Shown in pieces: positions 46,854 to 57,144 of a stretch of DNA of 64,000 nt (the stretch's first letter is position 1; the number at the start of each line of letters is the position of its first letter). This stretch comes from a virus, in the IMG/VR virus record IMGVR_UViG_3300031088_000734. One strand, 5' to 3'. The translations under genes and the position numbers were made by a program. The notes under the pieces are model-generated. The model made no database searches, had not been told where the DNA came from, and was given only the letters and a program-made list of their open reading frames with translations.

Positions 46854-47342
46854 ATGAACACTGTTCGTCTTATTACCATCGTCAATGCTTATACCAAACA
46901 TCCAGAATTTGACATGAAACATCTTGACGATGTGAATCATCTCTTAGATTCAGTAGCTCGAAAACAATTCGATTCAGCCGCTTATGCTCTTAAATCGCTT
47001 TCTTCTGGCTTTGGATTCTACCCTGATGAACATAAAGCGGAAGAAGAATTTTGCAAAGCTATTCGTGTTGAATTGATGGCTGTTGGTAAAGCTCACTATC
47101 ATCAAGAAATGGCAAACCAGATTGATTTCATTATGGACAGTCCACATTTTAATCTGTTCATGCCTGTTCTGTTGCCAGCTCTTAGCACTGAACGCCATAT
47201 TGTTTTGAACAGTGATAAGCTGGACGAAGCGATTACGTTTTATTCAGAACGTGGTGAGGTGTTCGACCTTGTTATTGCTGGTCTTTTGGTTCAAATCGGA
47301 AAACTTAACAAACAAATGACTACTTATTGTGAAGGTCAGTAA
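46854..47342 (+). CDS. Hypothetical protein
   Basis: 162 aa; GAGGA RBS. Confidence 0.75.
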   Translation: MNTVRLITIVNAYTKHPEFDMKHLDDVNHLLDSVARKQFDSAAYALKSLSSGFGFYPDEHKAEEEFCKAIRVELMAVGKAHYHQEMANQIDFIMDSPHFNLFMPVLLPALSTERHIVLNSDKLDEAITFYSERGEVFDLVIAGLLVQIGKLNKQMTTYCEGQ

Positions 47343-47808
47343 AATGAAGAAAACAGACGTACAGAAACCGCCATTGCAAAAACTTAAGGCCCAACATCTG
47401 AGAAGTTTTCAGGAAGCCATTGTTGTCGCAGAAGCCATTGCGAAAGAACGAGCCGCTAACATTTGTTTTTATGCTGGTTCAAATCGTGTTGAAATGAATC
47501 GTATGATTGCCGCTAACAACGCAGAATGTGCTTTGTTTAGTGCTGTCTATGAAAAGTTTTATGATCATTTTGAGTCTCAGTTTTTGACTGATGTCGATAT
47601 TGAACCTTTTTCAAACGATGATTTGGCTATTATGGAACAGTTGTTCCAGATTAAAACAGATAATATGAGCAAAGCAAAAGACGATCTATTACGTTATAGC
47701 ACTGACAATATGGTTTCATTTAGCATCACGGCTGAAATTGGTCGAGTAAACTTTGTTTATAAAGATATTATTGACATTGTTAAAGAACACTATATGTTGA
47801 AGCAATGA
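47329..47808 (+). CDS. Hypothetical protein
   Basis: 159-aa ORF, operonic; likely start 47344. Confidence 0.7.
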   Translation: MKVSKMKKTDVQKPPLQKLKAQHLRSFQEAIVVAEAIAKERAANICFYAGSNRVEMNRMIAANNAECALFSAVYEKFYDHFESQFLTDVDIEPFSNDDLAIMEQLFQIKTDNMSKAKDDLLRYSTDNMVSFSITAEIGRVNFVYKDIIDIVKEHYMLKQ

Positions 47809-48353
47809 AGAAAAATATTGAAAAAATAAAACGCCAACTGAATAAACCCTTAGCGAGTAATGGAGTGTCCCTTGTTCGCTGGGGTGGTTTGTCGATGGTT
47901 CGCCAGAAAGGCAACTATGGTCGAGAGACATTCCATGCGGCACCCGAACGCTATGGCTTTTATGCCTTTCTTTTTCCATTTATTGATTTATTCTTAATCA
48001 GTTCAACTAAAAAAACTGAATTTGATGCAGGTGTTCGTAAAGAATTTCATGCCATTGATGGTTTTATCTGGACGCACCTTAAACCTTATGACCCGTCCAT
48101 GATTGTGGCTATCAAAGGCGAATGGTTCAAAGTTCATGTTAAACACCTTAACAAGATGGTGCAGAAAGCTTTTGCAGTTGAAAGTTCTGTTATTCAAGCT
48201 GACTACTTCTTTGAAAACCCAGAAAAAAGGGTGCCTTGGAAGTGCAATCAAGACAAAGAACTCAAAGTTCAACGAGTGAATGCTTTTGGTGGCTATGGTC
48301 GTATGATTGATAATTTAGAAGTCTTTGTGTGCCGTGATACCAAAATTTCGTAA
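47805..48353 (+). CDS. Hypothetical protein
   Basis: 182 aa; ATGA overlap. Confidence 0.7.
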   Translation: MKKNIEKIKRQLNKPLASNGVSLVRWGGLSMVRQKGNYGRETFHAAPERYGFYAFLFPFIDLFLISSTKKTEFDAGVRKEFHAIDGFIWTHLKPYDPSMIVAIKGEWFKVHVKHLNKMVQKAFAVESSVIQADYFFENPEKRVPWKCNQDKELKVQRVNAFGGYGRMIDNLEVFVCRDTKIS

Positions 48354-48359
48354 TTTCTC

Positions 48360-48710
48360 TTGTTTTTTCTTGCTATACTACACTCAATTAAACAGAAAAG
48401 AGAGTTTATTATGAACGGTTTACATGTTTTTGATCTAACATCGGCACTCTTTGACACTCCGACTCCACAACCAGACGTGTATCTTGAAGTGCGTCTTCAA
48501 TTCAATAGCAATCAAGAAATCGAAACCGTTAACTTTCAAAGCTTGAATGTTTTCAACTTTGTGGCTGATTCGGTGACTGTTCTTCGTTGGAAACACATCT
48601 CTGAATTGGATGGCGAAAAAGATGTGTTGAGTGATGGAGCTAGCTTGGACAGCATGAACAGCTACTTTGCTCAGTTGGAAGCAAACGCTAAAAAACAAAC
48701 CAAACGCTAA
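48360..48710 (+). CDS. Hypothetical protein
   Basis: 116-aa ORF; likely start 48411. Confidence 0.65.
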   Translation: MFFLAILHSIKQKREFIMNGLHVFDLTSALFDTPTPQPDVYLEVRLQFNSNQEIETVNFQSLNVFNFVADSVTVLRWKHISELDGEKDVLSDGASLDSMNSYFAQLEANAKKQTKR

Positions 48711-48723
48711 TAAGGACTATATC

Positions 48724-48918
48724 ATGACTCCTGAACAACGTATCTTGCACGGCCAACGCGAAAGCGACGATGATGGTTTTACTTATGTGGCTGGTAAGCA
48801 CAAAGCTGGTCGTGTTAAACGCACTCGTAACAAGCAGGCTACTGCTCGTTGCATCCGTAACGATAAACGCTCTGTAAAAGCCGCTGAAACTCAGCGTATG
48901 CTTAAAGAGTCTGTCTAA
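48724..48918 (+). CDS. Small basic protein (64 aa)
   Basis: AAGGA RBS; K/R-rich GKHKAGRVKRTRNKQ. Confidence 0.65.
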   Translation: MTPEQRILHGQRESDDDGFTYVAGKHKAGRVKRTRNKQATARCIRNDKRSVKAAETQRMLKESV

Positions 48919-48960
48919 TATAACAAGGCTCAAAAGCCTTGTTTTTAATCCCCTAATTGT

Positions 48961-49482
48961 TTGTCGAGGTTTATCATGGAAAACGTCATTACTGCTATTC
49001 CATTTGTCTCGAAAGAAGTCCAATCTTTCGCTTCTTCTACTATTAAAGTTATTCCAGAAACTGAACGAGCTACTATTGAACAGTTGGCTTCTATTCAAAT
49101 TAAAGAACCCATGTTTGCCGTTGTTGAAGGTGAACGAAATTACATTTATTCTTTTTCGAAAGTTTTTGATGGTGTTAACAAAGAAATTGAAAAAATCAAG
49201 GGCAATAAAATTTCGAATATTGGTATTGCTGTAGCATCGGTTATAGTAGCTGCTATTTGTCTTGTATTATTAAAACATGGTTCTAGTAGTGATAGCATGC
49301 CAGATTTTATTGGCCTTTGTTCAACAGGGATTTTTTTATTATCTTTGTGGAAATTGGCTACCACTCGTTATAAGAAACTGATTAACAACCTTGAAGTCAA
49401 AAAGTCCTACGTTTTGAGTGAAAGTCAAGCTTATTTGAAAAACCTTGATGAAGAAGTCAAAAAGCCTGTTGTTGTCGTCTAA
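48961..49482 (+). CDS. 2-TM membrane protein
   Basis: 173 aa; likely start 48976 after GAGG; C-terminal TM pair. Confidence 0.7.
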   Translation: MSRFIMENVITAIPFVSKEVQSFASSTIKVIPETERATIEQLASIQIKEPMFAVVEGERNYIYSFSKVFDGVNKEIEKIKGNKISNIGIAVASVIVAAICLVLLKHGSSSDSMPDFIGLCSTGIFLLSLWKLATTRYKKLINNLEVKKSYVLSESQAYLKNLDEEVKKPVVVV

Positions 49483-49624
49483 CCTGATTGGATTTCAAAA
49501 GCCACTTCGGTGGCTTTTTTGTTGTCTAAATTTTATCAATTTTATGAAAATTTCAACCCTTATCCCTTTACCGTTGATTTTTTTTACAAATTGTGTTAGA
49601 CTCAATTATTATCGGAGATTTCTT

Positions 49625-51127
49625 ATGTCTAAAATAACAACAGAAGATTGCAAATTATTCCTTTTTGATATATACAAAGATAAAAAAGTAACAGAATGGA
49701 AGCGAATTCGCAAATTTAAAGACGAAAATGGTGATTCATGTCGAGATTTTTCTCATTCTGATGGAACTTCTCTTACTTTGATCGAAAAAAATGGTCAATT
49801 ATCCGTTCTGCCATTAGCAGTAATACAAAGTTTTATTAAAAGTGAAAAACCATCAGGAATTTCTACAAAAAGTGAAAAATCAAAGGGCGTTTCAATCTTG
49901 CCATTAACGCTTGAAAATAATAACGAATTGACTAGAAAAGCTCAATTTACAGTATTTGATGAAACACAACTAAAATCAGCTAAACGCTTAGTAAATGCGT
50001 TTGCTAAACCAAAAGAAGACCCAATTGAACCCAATTCCGACGCCAAAGGTTTTGACGCCATTCCCAACCTTATTTACTTCTCATTTCTTGAAGACGCTAA
50101 TTGTAATGAAATCGAATACTTAGAAACGATTGCTAAGGAGATGAACTTCAATGCCTTAATGAATGATATTGTTGTCTTCTTTATGCCATCGACGGTTTCA
50201 TCCATGTGTGATCATCTGTCTCCATTGATTGAACCGTTGTTGCCGGTACCACTGCAGGAAATTGAAGAAATGTCGTTTACGTTGAATGATAGCAATTTGA
50301 CGGTTACTGATGTCTTTGAACAACTCACCAAAGCAGGTTTTGTTTATAACCCAGATGGTTGTGCTTTGAGGTCATTGTTTACTCAATACCAATTGATTGC
50401 CATTGATCCTGTTATCAATCCTGATGACAAAACTGCAGAATACAAGAAATCGTTCTTGGCTGCATTGAAAAAAGATGATGTGAACAAAATGAAAACTTTG
50501 ATTGATTCGGGAATGCCATTGACATTTAAAGTCGGTGGAAAATCGTTATTAGCTAAAACAATGTATGAGAATAAGCTTGAATGTTTCAAGTATCTATTAA
50601 CGCTCTATCCTAATACGGCTAATACAGGTAATGGGTCTGTTGATCAGGTGTGGGAAGGCGTCTGGTGGCCTAATGATTGTTCTCGTTACTTCATGGCGAA
50701 TGCTACTTATGACTTTACTCATTCCAATAAAACTGCACATCGTCATCTAGTTGGAACATTGGTTCATCATACTGAGTATTTTGACAGTATGAACCAACGA
50801 GTTAATCAAGAACTGTTCTCAGTAGCCTGTCTAGAATCTACATTAACGTATGATAGAGCTTATCCCGTGTTTAAGGATTTTGTCAAAAAAGCCATAGATG
50901 ACTATCCAGTTACTGTTTCAAACAGCAAGGAAATGACTGAACAACTTGAACATGGTTTTATTATTCCACCTATTTTAGAGCTTTTGGCTGGCAGTTCTTG
51001 TACGTTTGATGGAAAGACTGTCTTTGAAGTTGTACAGGCTAAAATTGATGAAATAGGCCATGATCCCAAAGGATATATCAACAAGATTAATTATTATAAA
51101 GCTTTTTTGAGAAATCATAGTCGATAA
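49625..51127 (+). CDS. Large hypothetical protein with ankyrin-like repeats
   Basis: GGAG RBS; ALKKDDVNKMKTLIDSG...GKSLLAKTMYENKLECFKYLL resembles ankyrin helices; start refined from 49445. Confidence 0.65.
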   Translation: MSKITTEDCKLFLFDIYKDKKVTEWKRIRKFKDENGDSCRDFSHSDGTSLTLIEKNGQLSVLPLAVIQSFIKSEKPSGISTKSEKSKGVSILPLTLENNNELTRKAQFTVFDETQLKSAKRLVNAFAKPKEDPIEPNSDAKGFDAIPNLIYFSFLEDANCNEIEYLETIAKEMNFNALMNDIVVFFMPSTVSSMCDHLSPLIEPLLPVPLQEIEEMSFTLNDSNLTVTDVFEQLTKAGFVYNPDGCALRSLFTQYQLIAIDPVINPDDKTAEYKKSFLAALKKDDVNKMKTLIDSGMPLTFKVGGKSLLAKTMYENKLECFKYLLTLYPNTANTGNGSVDQVWEGVWWPNDCSRYFMANATYDFTHSNKTAHRHLVGTLVHHTEYFDSMNQRVNQELFSVACLESTLTYDRAYPVFKDFVKKAIDDYPVTVSNSKEMTEQLEHGFIIPPILELLAGSSCTFDGKTVFEVVQAKIDEIGHDPKGYINKINYYKAFLRNHSR

Positions 51128-51219
51128 TGTTAATTAAACCACTTCGGTGGTTTTTTTGTGACTATTTGAAAGACAACAAAAAGCCCCACGATAGTGAGGC
51201 TTATTCAGTACATTAACGC

Positions 51220-51936
51220 TTAAAGAAAGTGAGCGGAACTTTTAGGCGTCAACTCATAACCAAACGACTGCAGGAATTTCTTGTCAAAAGCAATGATTTT
51301 ATCCCGGTGTTTTTCACACTCTTCCGGCTCTTCAATTTTGTTGGCTTCAATGGCAGAAGCGGTGAACAAGTTACCGTATATTTCAACCAGTGCCATCTGG
51401 TCAGCATCAATGGTTCCGATCTTGTGAATAGGTGTATGACCAATTTTATCTTCCCAGCCACGAATAACGGTTTGTTCGTTAATCAGTCCCGGCATGGAAT
51501 CCATTGCAGCGACCATCAATGCAAAAGAATTGTCTGGCATAGAGCTTGTTTCGTCGGTGATATAACCAAACAATGACACTTTCACGCCATCATTAGGCAC
51601 CAGTTCAACCTTTTTACGCGATTTGGCGACACTGCCATAACGATACTTGCGATAACCAGACAGCATATTCTTTTTAGCGTCCGTAGGCTTACCATCCCGA
51701 GCATCTTGGAAGAGTTCAAGATAAACAGGTAGGCTTACCATCATCTTGTTGGTTACACCCAAGCAGATATGATCCGAAGCGTGATGATAATGGGACACAA
51801 TGATTTTGTCAGCAGTGTTGTAATTTTTTGGAAGACGTTCAGGATCATGAAGTCCTAGACGGTACTGTTCTTCAAACAGAGGGACATTATCACGGTCAAT
51901 GTCATGACGGATAGCGATGACGACTTGGTTGCCCAT
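51220..51936 (-). CDS. Hypothetical protein
   Basis: 238 aa; GGAG RBS on minus strand. Confidence 0.75.
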   Translation of the reverse strand: MGNQVVIAIRHDIDRDNVPLFEEQYRLGLHDPERLPKNYNTADKIIVSHYHHASDHICLGVTNKMMVSLPVYLELFQDARDGKPTDAKKNMLSGYRKYRYGSVAKSRKKVELVPNDGVKVSLFGYITDETSSMPDNSFALMVAAMDSMPGLINEQTVIRGWEDKIGHTPIHKIGTIDADQMALVEIYGNLFTASAIEANKIEEPEECEKHRDKIIAFDKKFLQSFGYELTPKSSAHFL

Positions 51937-52084
51937 TTTTTAAATCTCCAATAGTTTTGATGTGCCTATTTTACTTAAATTGCATAAAGATGTACAGGTT
52001 TTTATTCATTATTATTTATCTTTCATTTTTGATGATTGTATGATATAATTGCATGTCATTTTGCTATTTTTTTAAGGTGTAATC

Positions 52085-52777
52085 ATGCTAACTCTTACTA
52101 AAACACATATAGAAACAGAAGTCTTTAAAGAGACTGTCTTGATTACGCCTGATCATGGTTCCTATGAGAATTTTGTGAGCGAATACAAAAAGAACATTTT
52201 TAATAAAGTTCAAGAAGTTATGGATTTTATCAGTCTTAAAATGGATGCAAAATTACGATTTCAAGTCAACGAATTTGACAACATTTATGAAATTGCTTTG
52301 ATGAAATTTAATTTCAGAAAGGTTACAGAAGGTAGATCGACCACTTGTATTATTACCTTTGATGGATATCTAACTTTTGAGTGTAATAGATTTGCATTTA
52401 AATTTGACAATGCTTATTCATATTTCTACGCAATCTTGAATAAACAGTTAGATCTTGTTCAGTTTGAATACTCATCAGTTCATTATAATAAACACAATGT
52501 TGATCGCAGTATCAACTTGAAATTTGATAAAGACACAAACATGACAGAATATCATTACACAGTTTGTTCTACTTTTTTTGGATGGGAGATTGGGCGGTTA
52601 AAAAGCAAAGACATGCTTTGCTCTTATGCTGATGAATTGTTTTTGCACACTACACTCACCAAAAGAACACCTTTGATGGATGAATTATTCCCAGAATTGT
52701 CTGTTGATGGTGTTTATGATTTTTCATCACAAGATTTTGCTGATCGATTGTCGATCTTTTCTATGCTAACTCTTTAA
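52085..52777 (+). CDS. YDFxS subfamily, array copy 1
   Basis: Ends ELFPELSVDGVYDFSSQDFADRLSIFSMLTL. Confidence 0.75.
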   Translation: MLTLTKTHIETEVFKETVLITPDHGSYENFVSEYKKNIFNKVQEVMDFISLKMDAKLRFQVNEFDNIYEIALMKFNFRKVTEGRSTTCIITFDGYLTFECNRFAFKFDNAYSYFYAILNKQLDLVQFEYSSVHYNKHNVDRSINLKFDKDTNMTEYHYTVCSTFFGWEIGRLKSKDMLCSYADELFLHTTLTKRTPLMDELFPELSVDGVYDFSSQDFADRLSIFSMLTL

Positions 52778-52789
52778 AGGTTTGACATA

Positions 52790-53398
52790 ATGAATATGGC
52801 AGATAACAGGCTAAAAGAAGCAGCAAATTTAGCGAAATCTAAAATTTGTGATTCTCTCTCACTCATTGAGCGAAAATTTAATATGAATTTTGATTTTAAA
52901 ATCACCGAAAATGCTAAAAATATAGTATTTTCCAGTGTGAAAAACTATGATCTTAAATTCTATCAAACACACGGTAAAATTATATTTAAACCTGTTCATG
53001 ATGAATTCATAGTTAAAGTTAATGACTTTAAACTGGCATTACCTAATGCCTTACAATCTTTTTTTATTATTATATTTAATGATAATTTTGATATCATATC
53101 CATAAAATTTACATCTTACAAAAAACTACCTTTTGGGCTTTCTAAAATAATTGTACTTTTTGATGATCAACTTGAACTTGATAATATTGAATACTATTCA
53201 ACTTCCGGCAACTCTTTCAATAAATCTAAATGCTTATTAAACTCTTTTACGGATGAAGTTTTGCTGTTTATTTTATTCAACAATACCACTGATGTGGTAA
53301 AAGAATTGTTGCCAGAGTATCACATTCCATCGGCTTATGATTTTTCATCACAAGATTTTGCTGACCGATTAAATGTTTTTTCCATGCTAACACTTTGA
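52790..53398 (+). CDS. YDFxS subfamily, array copy 2
   Basis: Ends ELLPEYHIPSAYDFSSQDFADRLNVFSMLTL. Confidence 0.75.
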   Translation: MNMADNRLKEAANLAKSKICDSLSLIERKFNMNFDFKITENAKNIVFSSVKNYDLKFYQTHGKIIFKPVHDEFIVKVNDFKLALPNALQSFFIIIFNDNFDIISIKFTSYKKLPFGLSKIIVLFDDQLELDNIEYYSTSGNSFNKSKCLLNSFTDEVLLFILFNNTTDVVKELLPEYHIPSAYDFSSQDFADRLNVFSMLTL

Positions 53399-53414
53399 TA
53401 ATGGAACTTATATT

Positions 53415-54080
53415 ATGAACAAAATTGAGTATTATTACGAAGTAAAAGAAGAAGACTTAAAACTAAACGATAGCTTTGTCGCTGCAAAAAAAATAGTTAT
53501 TGATAAAATTTTTGCAACTATCAAATATATTGAAGACAGATTTAATGTTTCTATTTCTTGTCTTTTAAAAAATGATAATACAATTATTTTTGAGAGTATT
53601 GGACCAGTAGATTTCGAAATATCTATAAATAAAAACACTTCAGATGAAAAATTGTCTTATATTGCAAAATCTGATACAAACTACATTTCGTTTTTAGTCT
53701 ATGACTATGCTTTTTCTTTAAAAAACAAATGTAAATTCACTGTTGAATTTGATTCAAATTTAAATTTTCTAACACTTTCGATACTGTCATCAAGACTCAA
53801 TAAATCAAGAACAAAATTTTCTTTTCTGTCTTTAAACTTTGACACTAATCTTAATTGCAGTAGTATTGAACATATAGATCAAGATAACGATTATAATCTT
53901 TCGAAGACTGTTGATACATTGTCAACTTATGAAGATGAGTTAATGTTATTTAAGATCTATGAAAGCAATCGAGAGACTTTGATAAATGATTTCCCTGAGT
54001 TCTATATTCCAGCAGCTTATGATTTTCAATCGGAACAATTTGCAAATCGTATCAAAGTTTTTTTAATGTTAACTTTTTAA
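53415..54080 (+). CDS. YDFxS subfamily, array copy 3
   Basis: Ends NDFPEFYIPAAYDFQSEQFANRIKVFLMLTF. Confidence 0.75.
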   Translation: MNKIEYYYEVKEEDLKLNDSFVAAKKIVIDKIFATIKYIEDRFNVSISCLLKNDNTIIFESIGPVDFEISINKNTSDEKLSYIAKSDTNYISFLVYDYAFSLKNKCKFTVEFDSNLNFLTLSILSSRLNKSRTKFSFLSLNFDTNLNCSSIEHIDQDNDYNLSKTVDTLSTYEDELMLFKIYESNRETLINDFPEFYIPAAYDFQSEQFANRIKVFLMLTF

Positions 54081-54096
54081 TTAGGAAAAACCCAAT

Positions 54097-54738
54097 ATGT
54101 TAAATACACAAGCTACATTACAAGAATTTAATGAGTACATTCAAGAAAAAAAGAAATCAATTATACAAAAGATCCATGAATCCATTTTCAAAATTGAACA
54201 ACATTTCAATATTAAATTTACCTATGATGTGATGGAATTTGATAATGATATCATTATTAAAGGTGTTGATGAGTATTCTTTTACTGTTTCCAAATGGTTT
54301 CAATCAAAAATACATCCTTATAATTTATTGAAATTTAATTGCACTGGATTTCCTTTTGTCCTTCCTAATAGTCATAAAACGATTTTTTTTATTACGTTTA
54401 ATGATGATTTTGATATTAAAGAAGCTCAATTTAGGACTTCATTTTTGACTAAGAAAGGCAATATAACTGGTCTAAAGATTTTTTTTGATAAATCACTTGA
54501 GTTGAATCTTATAGAAAATAGTTATATTCCAAGTGGTGGTGGCAAAAACAGTTATAGTTTAAAAACATCAGAAATGATGTGTCCATTTTCAGATGAGGTT
54601 ATTTTATTTCGATTGTCTTATAACACAAGTGAAGAAGTTCAAGAACTGTTACCAGAATTCTACATTCCATCAGCCTACAATTTCCAATCAGAAGATTTCA
54701 AAAATAGATTAGCCGTTTATGAAATGATGACTACTTAA
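54097..54738 (+). CDS. YDFxS subfamily, array copy 4
   Basis: Ends ELLPEFYIPSAYNFQSEDFKNRLAVYEMMTT. Confidence 0.75.
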   Translation: MLNTQATLQEFNEYIQEKKKSIIQKIHESIFKIEQHFNIKFTYDVMEFDNDIIIKGVDEYSFTVSKWFQSKIHPYNLLKFNCTGFPFVLPNSHKTIFFITFNDDFDIKEAQFRTSFLTKKGNITGLKIFFDKSLELNLIENSYIPSGGGKNSYSLKTSEMMCPFSDEVILFRLSYNTSEEVQELLPEFYIPSAYNFQSEDFKNRLAVYEMMTT

Positions 54739-54819
54739 ATAGATTGACTTTTTAATATTGTTATTATATATTATGCAATTACTTTAAATATTGCTTATTA
54801 ATTTAACTGAGGATTACAT

Positions 54820-55362
54820 ATGAATAGAGATTTTGTTATATCTGGCAATGCTAATTTGTTTGTAACTGCAGATGATTTCAAAGTATATGTCTACGATATA
54901 TTTGAAAAAGCAAAACCTGCTATATTTGATATGGTTGGTCAATCCTTTGACATGAACCTTGATGATCTTGATCCAACTGTTAAACCTGTCGCTATTAAAA
55001 AAGATCCTAATGTGCCAAAAATGGAATGGACTTACGAACTAACTTTTAAATATACACTTAAGTTCGAAGTTAGATTAGATATGGTGCCACAATCAAAATT
55101 AATTATTAATCTTGATAATGATTTCAACGCATCTGGTGCTCTTGTTTCCTTTTCAACGATTAATGGTGTATCAGAAGATTTTAAATCAACCAAGATTTAT
55201 TTTGGTGCTGATGAACCATCCTGTCGTATTGAAATTCGCCAAAAAGAAAATAAAGATTCAGATCTTGTTAGCCATACTGAACTATTTGATGGTACGGTTA
55301 TTGAAGCTGCTATTAAGGCAAAAACCTTTTTTGATAGAAGTTCAATTGAATCTTTAACTTAA
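54820..55362 (+). CDS. Hypothetical protein
   Basis: 180 aa; GAGGA RBS; weak similarity to 55427..55999. Confidence 0.7.
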   Translation: MNRDFVISGNANLFVTADDFKVYVYDIFEKAKPAIFDMVGQSFDMNLDDLDPTVKPVAIKKDPNVPKMEWTYELTFKYTLKFEVRLDMVPQSKLIINLDNDFNASGALVSFSTINGVSEDFKSTKIYFGADEPSCRIEIRQKENKDSDLVSHTELFDGTVIEAAIKAKTFFDRSSIESLT

Positions 55363-55426
55363 TTTTACTTTATTTTTTTACAATATTATGATAATATACT
55401 ACCTTATTCCAAATTATAGGTGATTC

Positions 55427-55999
55427 ATGTTGAAATTTAGATCTCATCTTCACAATTATGCATCCATTGCTGATTTTGAAAAAGGCTGCCTTGAAAAATT
55501 TGAGTTAGCAAAAAAAGAGTTGATTGCTGTCTTAGGTGTAGACTGCAATATTGAATTGTCTGGTTTTAATCCGCAGTTTAATATTGAACCATTTTATTTA
55601 GAATCTTTTAATTTTTCGATGACCTGTTACGAATATGTGATGACATTCCAACATGGTTCTTCAACATTTGATGAGACGTTGGTGGGTTTGATTAAGTTAC
55701 GTTTTGTTCAGCTTGATGAAAACTTAAATTTAAAAAGTCTTGCATTACAGCATCTGGTTATTGGTAAACTTTCAGAAAATGACCTTTCTCATTCTAGCGT
55801 TAAGGTTTCTTATTCTATTCCAGAAAAATGTGGTAATGTGATTATAAAGTATTCTCCTGATATCCATGATGGTATGGTTAAGGAAAATTTAACTTTAAAT
55901 GATACACTTGCTTCGATTGTTGACAAAGCTACTTCTGTTTTAAATAAGCTTAAAGAAGCTGTAAAAAACTCAGAAGCAATATTGGAACCAATTAAGTAA
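55427..55999 (+). CDS. Hypothetical protein
   Basis: 190 aa; AGGTG RBS. Confidence 0.7.
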   Translation: MLKFRSHLHNYASIADFEKGCLEKFELAKKELIAVLGVDCNIELSGFNPQFNIEPFYLESFNFSMTCYEYVMTFQHGSSTFDETLVGLIKLRFVQLDENLNLKSLALQHLVIGKLSENDLSHSSVKVSYSIPEKCGNVIIKYSPDIHDGMVKENLTLNDTLASIVDKATSVLNKLKEAVKNSEAILEPIK

Positions 56000-56130
56000 T
56001 TTGTTAGATTAAATAATTGAAGGCTCATTGTATATGAGCCTTTTTCATTTACAACAATTTAGTGTTACATATTGAAACATTATTGACTTCAATATATAAT
56101 GAGACTACCTAATTAACAATCGGAATAATA

Positions 56131-56373
56131 ATGCACACTCGCAATACGCTTCATTTGAATGACCAACAACTTGACCTTATTGAAAACATCCTCTCAAACA
56201 CTCAACTTCATGTAACTGATGATTTTGTTGTTGAACAACTTGTCAATAAAGGCATTATGCGTTATCCAGCCGAAAAAGTGATGCAATATCGTTCTTTTTA
56301 CTTTGAGCACAAAAATAAGGCCATTAAGACACCATTGCGTCATGGATTGTCAGCGTCCAATCAAGTTATCTAA
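56131..56373 (+). CDS. Small hypothetical protein
   Basis: 80-aa ORF after TTGACT..TATAAT. Confidence 0.6.
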   Translation: MHTRNTLHLNDQQLDLIENILSNTQLHVTDDFVVEQLVNKGIMRYPAEKVMQYRSFYFEHKNKAIKTPLRHGLSASNQVI

Positions 56374-56490
56374 TCTTTTGTATTTTTGTAATCCTCACCA
56401 TTGTGGGTATTTTTCATTTTCTAATGATTATTTGTTGTAAATCCTCATATATGTAAGGATTTTGTTATTGAAAATATTATTTTTAGTGTT

Positions 56491-57108
56491 ATGTTGAAAA
56501 GAAGTAAACGTAACTATTATAATATTATGGATCAATTAGCCGAGTTATTTTCAAAGCAAACCTATCAAGAAGATGGCATTACACAAGGACAAGTTATTAG
56601 TCTTGCTAAACATCATAAAAAAACACATTCTCAAATCATTGTAAGCCTTTCTAAGATAGAAGGCTTGAATTTGATTACATCCGTCGATTCTTTCGCTAAA
56701 CGAAGAACCAATATCAGACAACAAGAAGGATATCTTTTCAAAGATGGCTCTGTTCTTGTTAAATCTAATGGTGAGTTTGTTGCCTTCACTATTGATGAAA
56801 GCTCTCAATGGTTGAGAGGTTTAGGTACAAAACCATTTGATTTATCGGCTGTTGAGGCCGGGGCAGAATTTACCCTTCGATCTGGTGTTGGATTTTCAGT
56901 AGTTGAAATTGATTATCAAAAAAATTTACCATTGACCATAAAATTGAATAATGATCATTCTATCATTGTATACAAAAATGATGGTAAATCAGACCAATAT
57001 CAGTTCGCTGCTTACGATTTATTGATTGTCACTCCAACCGAAAAACTATTCCCAGTAGACAACGGTAACAAGAAGAACACGAATATTTTATCAATGCTGT
57101 TGAAATAA
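56491..57108 (+). CDS. Hypothetical protein
   Basis: 205-aa ORF. Confidence 0.7.
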   Translation: MLKRSKRNYYNIMDQLAELFSKQTYQEDGITQGQVISLAKHHKKTHSQIIVSLSKIEGLNLITSVDSFAKRRTNIRQQEGYLFKDGSVLVKSNGEFVAFTIDESSQWLRGLGTKPFDLSAVEAGAEFTLRSGVGFSVVEIDYQKNLPLTIKLNNDHSIIVYKNDGKSDQYQFAAYDLLIVTPTEKLFPVDNGNKKNTNILSMLLK

Positions 57109-57144
57109 GTAACACATCATGCTATAATTGAGAAAAATTCGGAG

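Noticed and set aside
49445-49624. N-terminal 60 aa of ORF 49445..51127, and similar extensions of 60062..60781, 32931 and 33588
   Set aside because: They run through terminator and promoter sequence; downstream ATGs with RBS or signal peptides are better starts.
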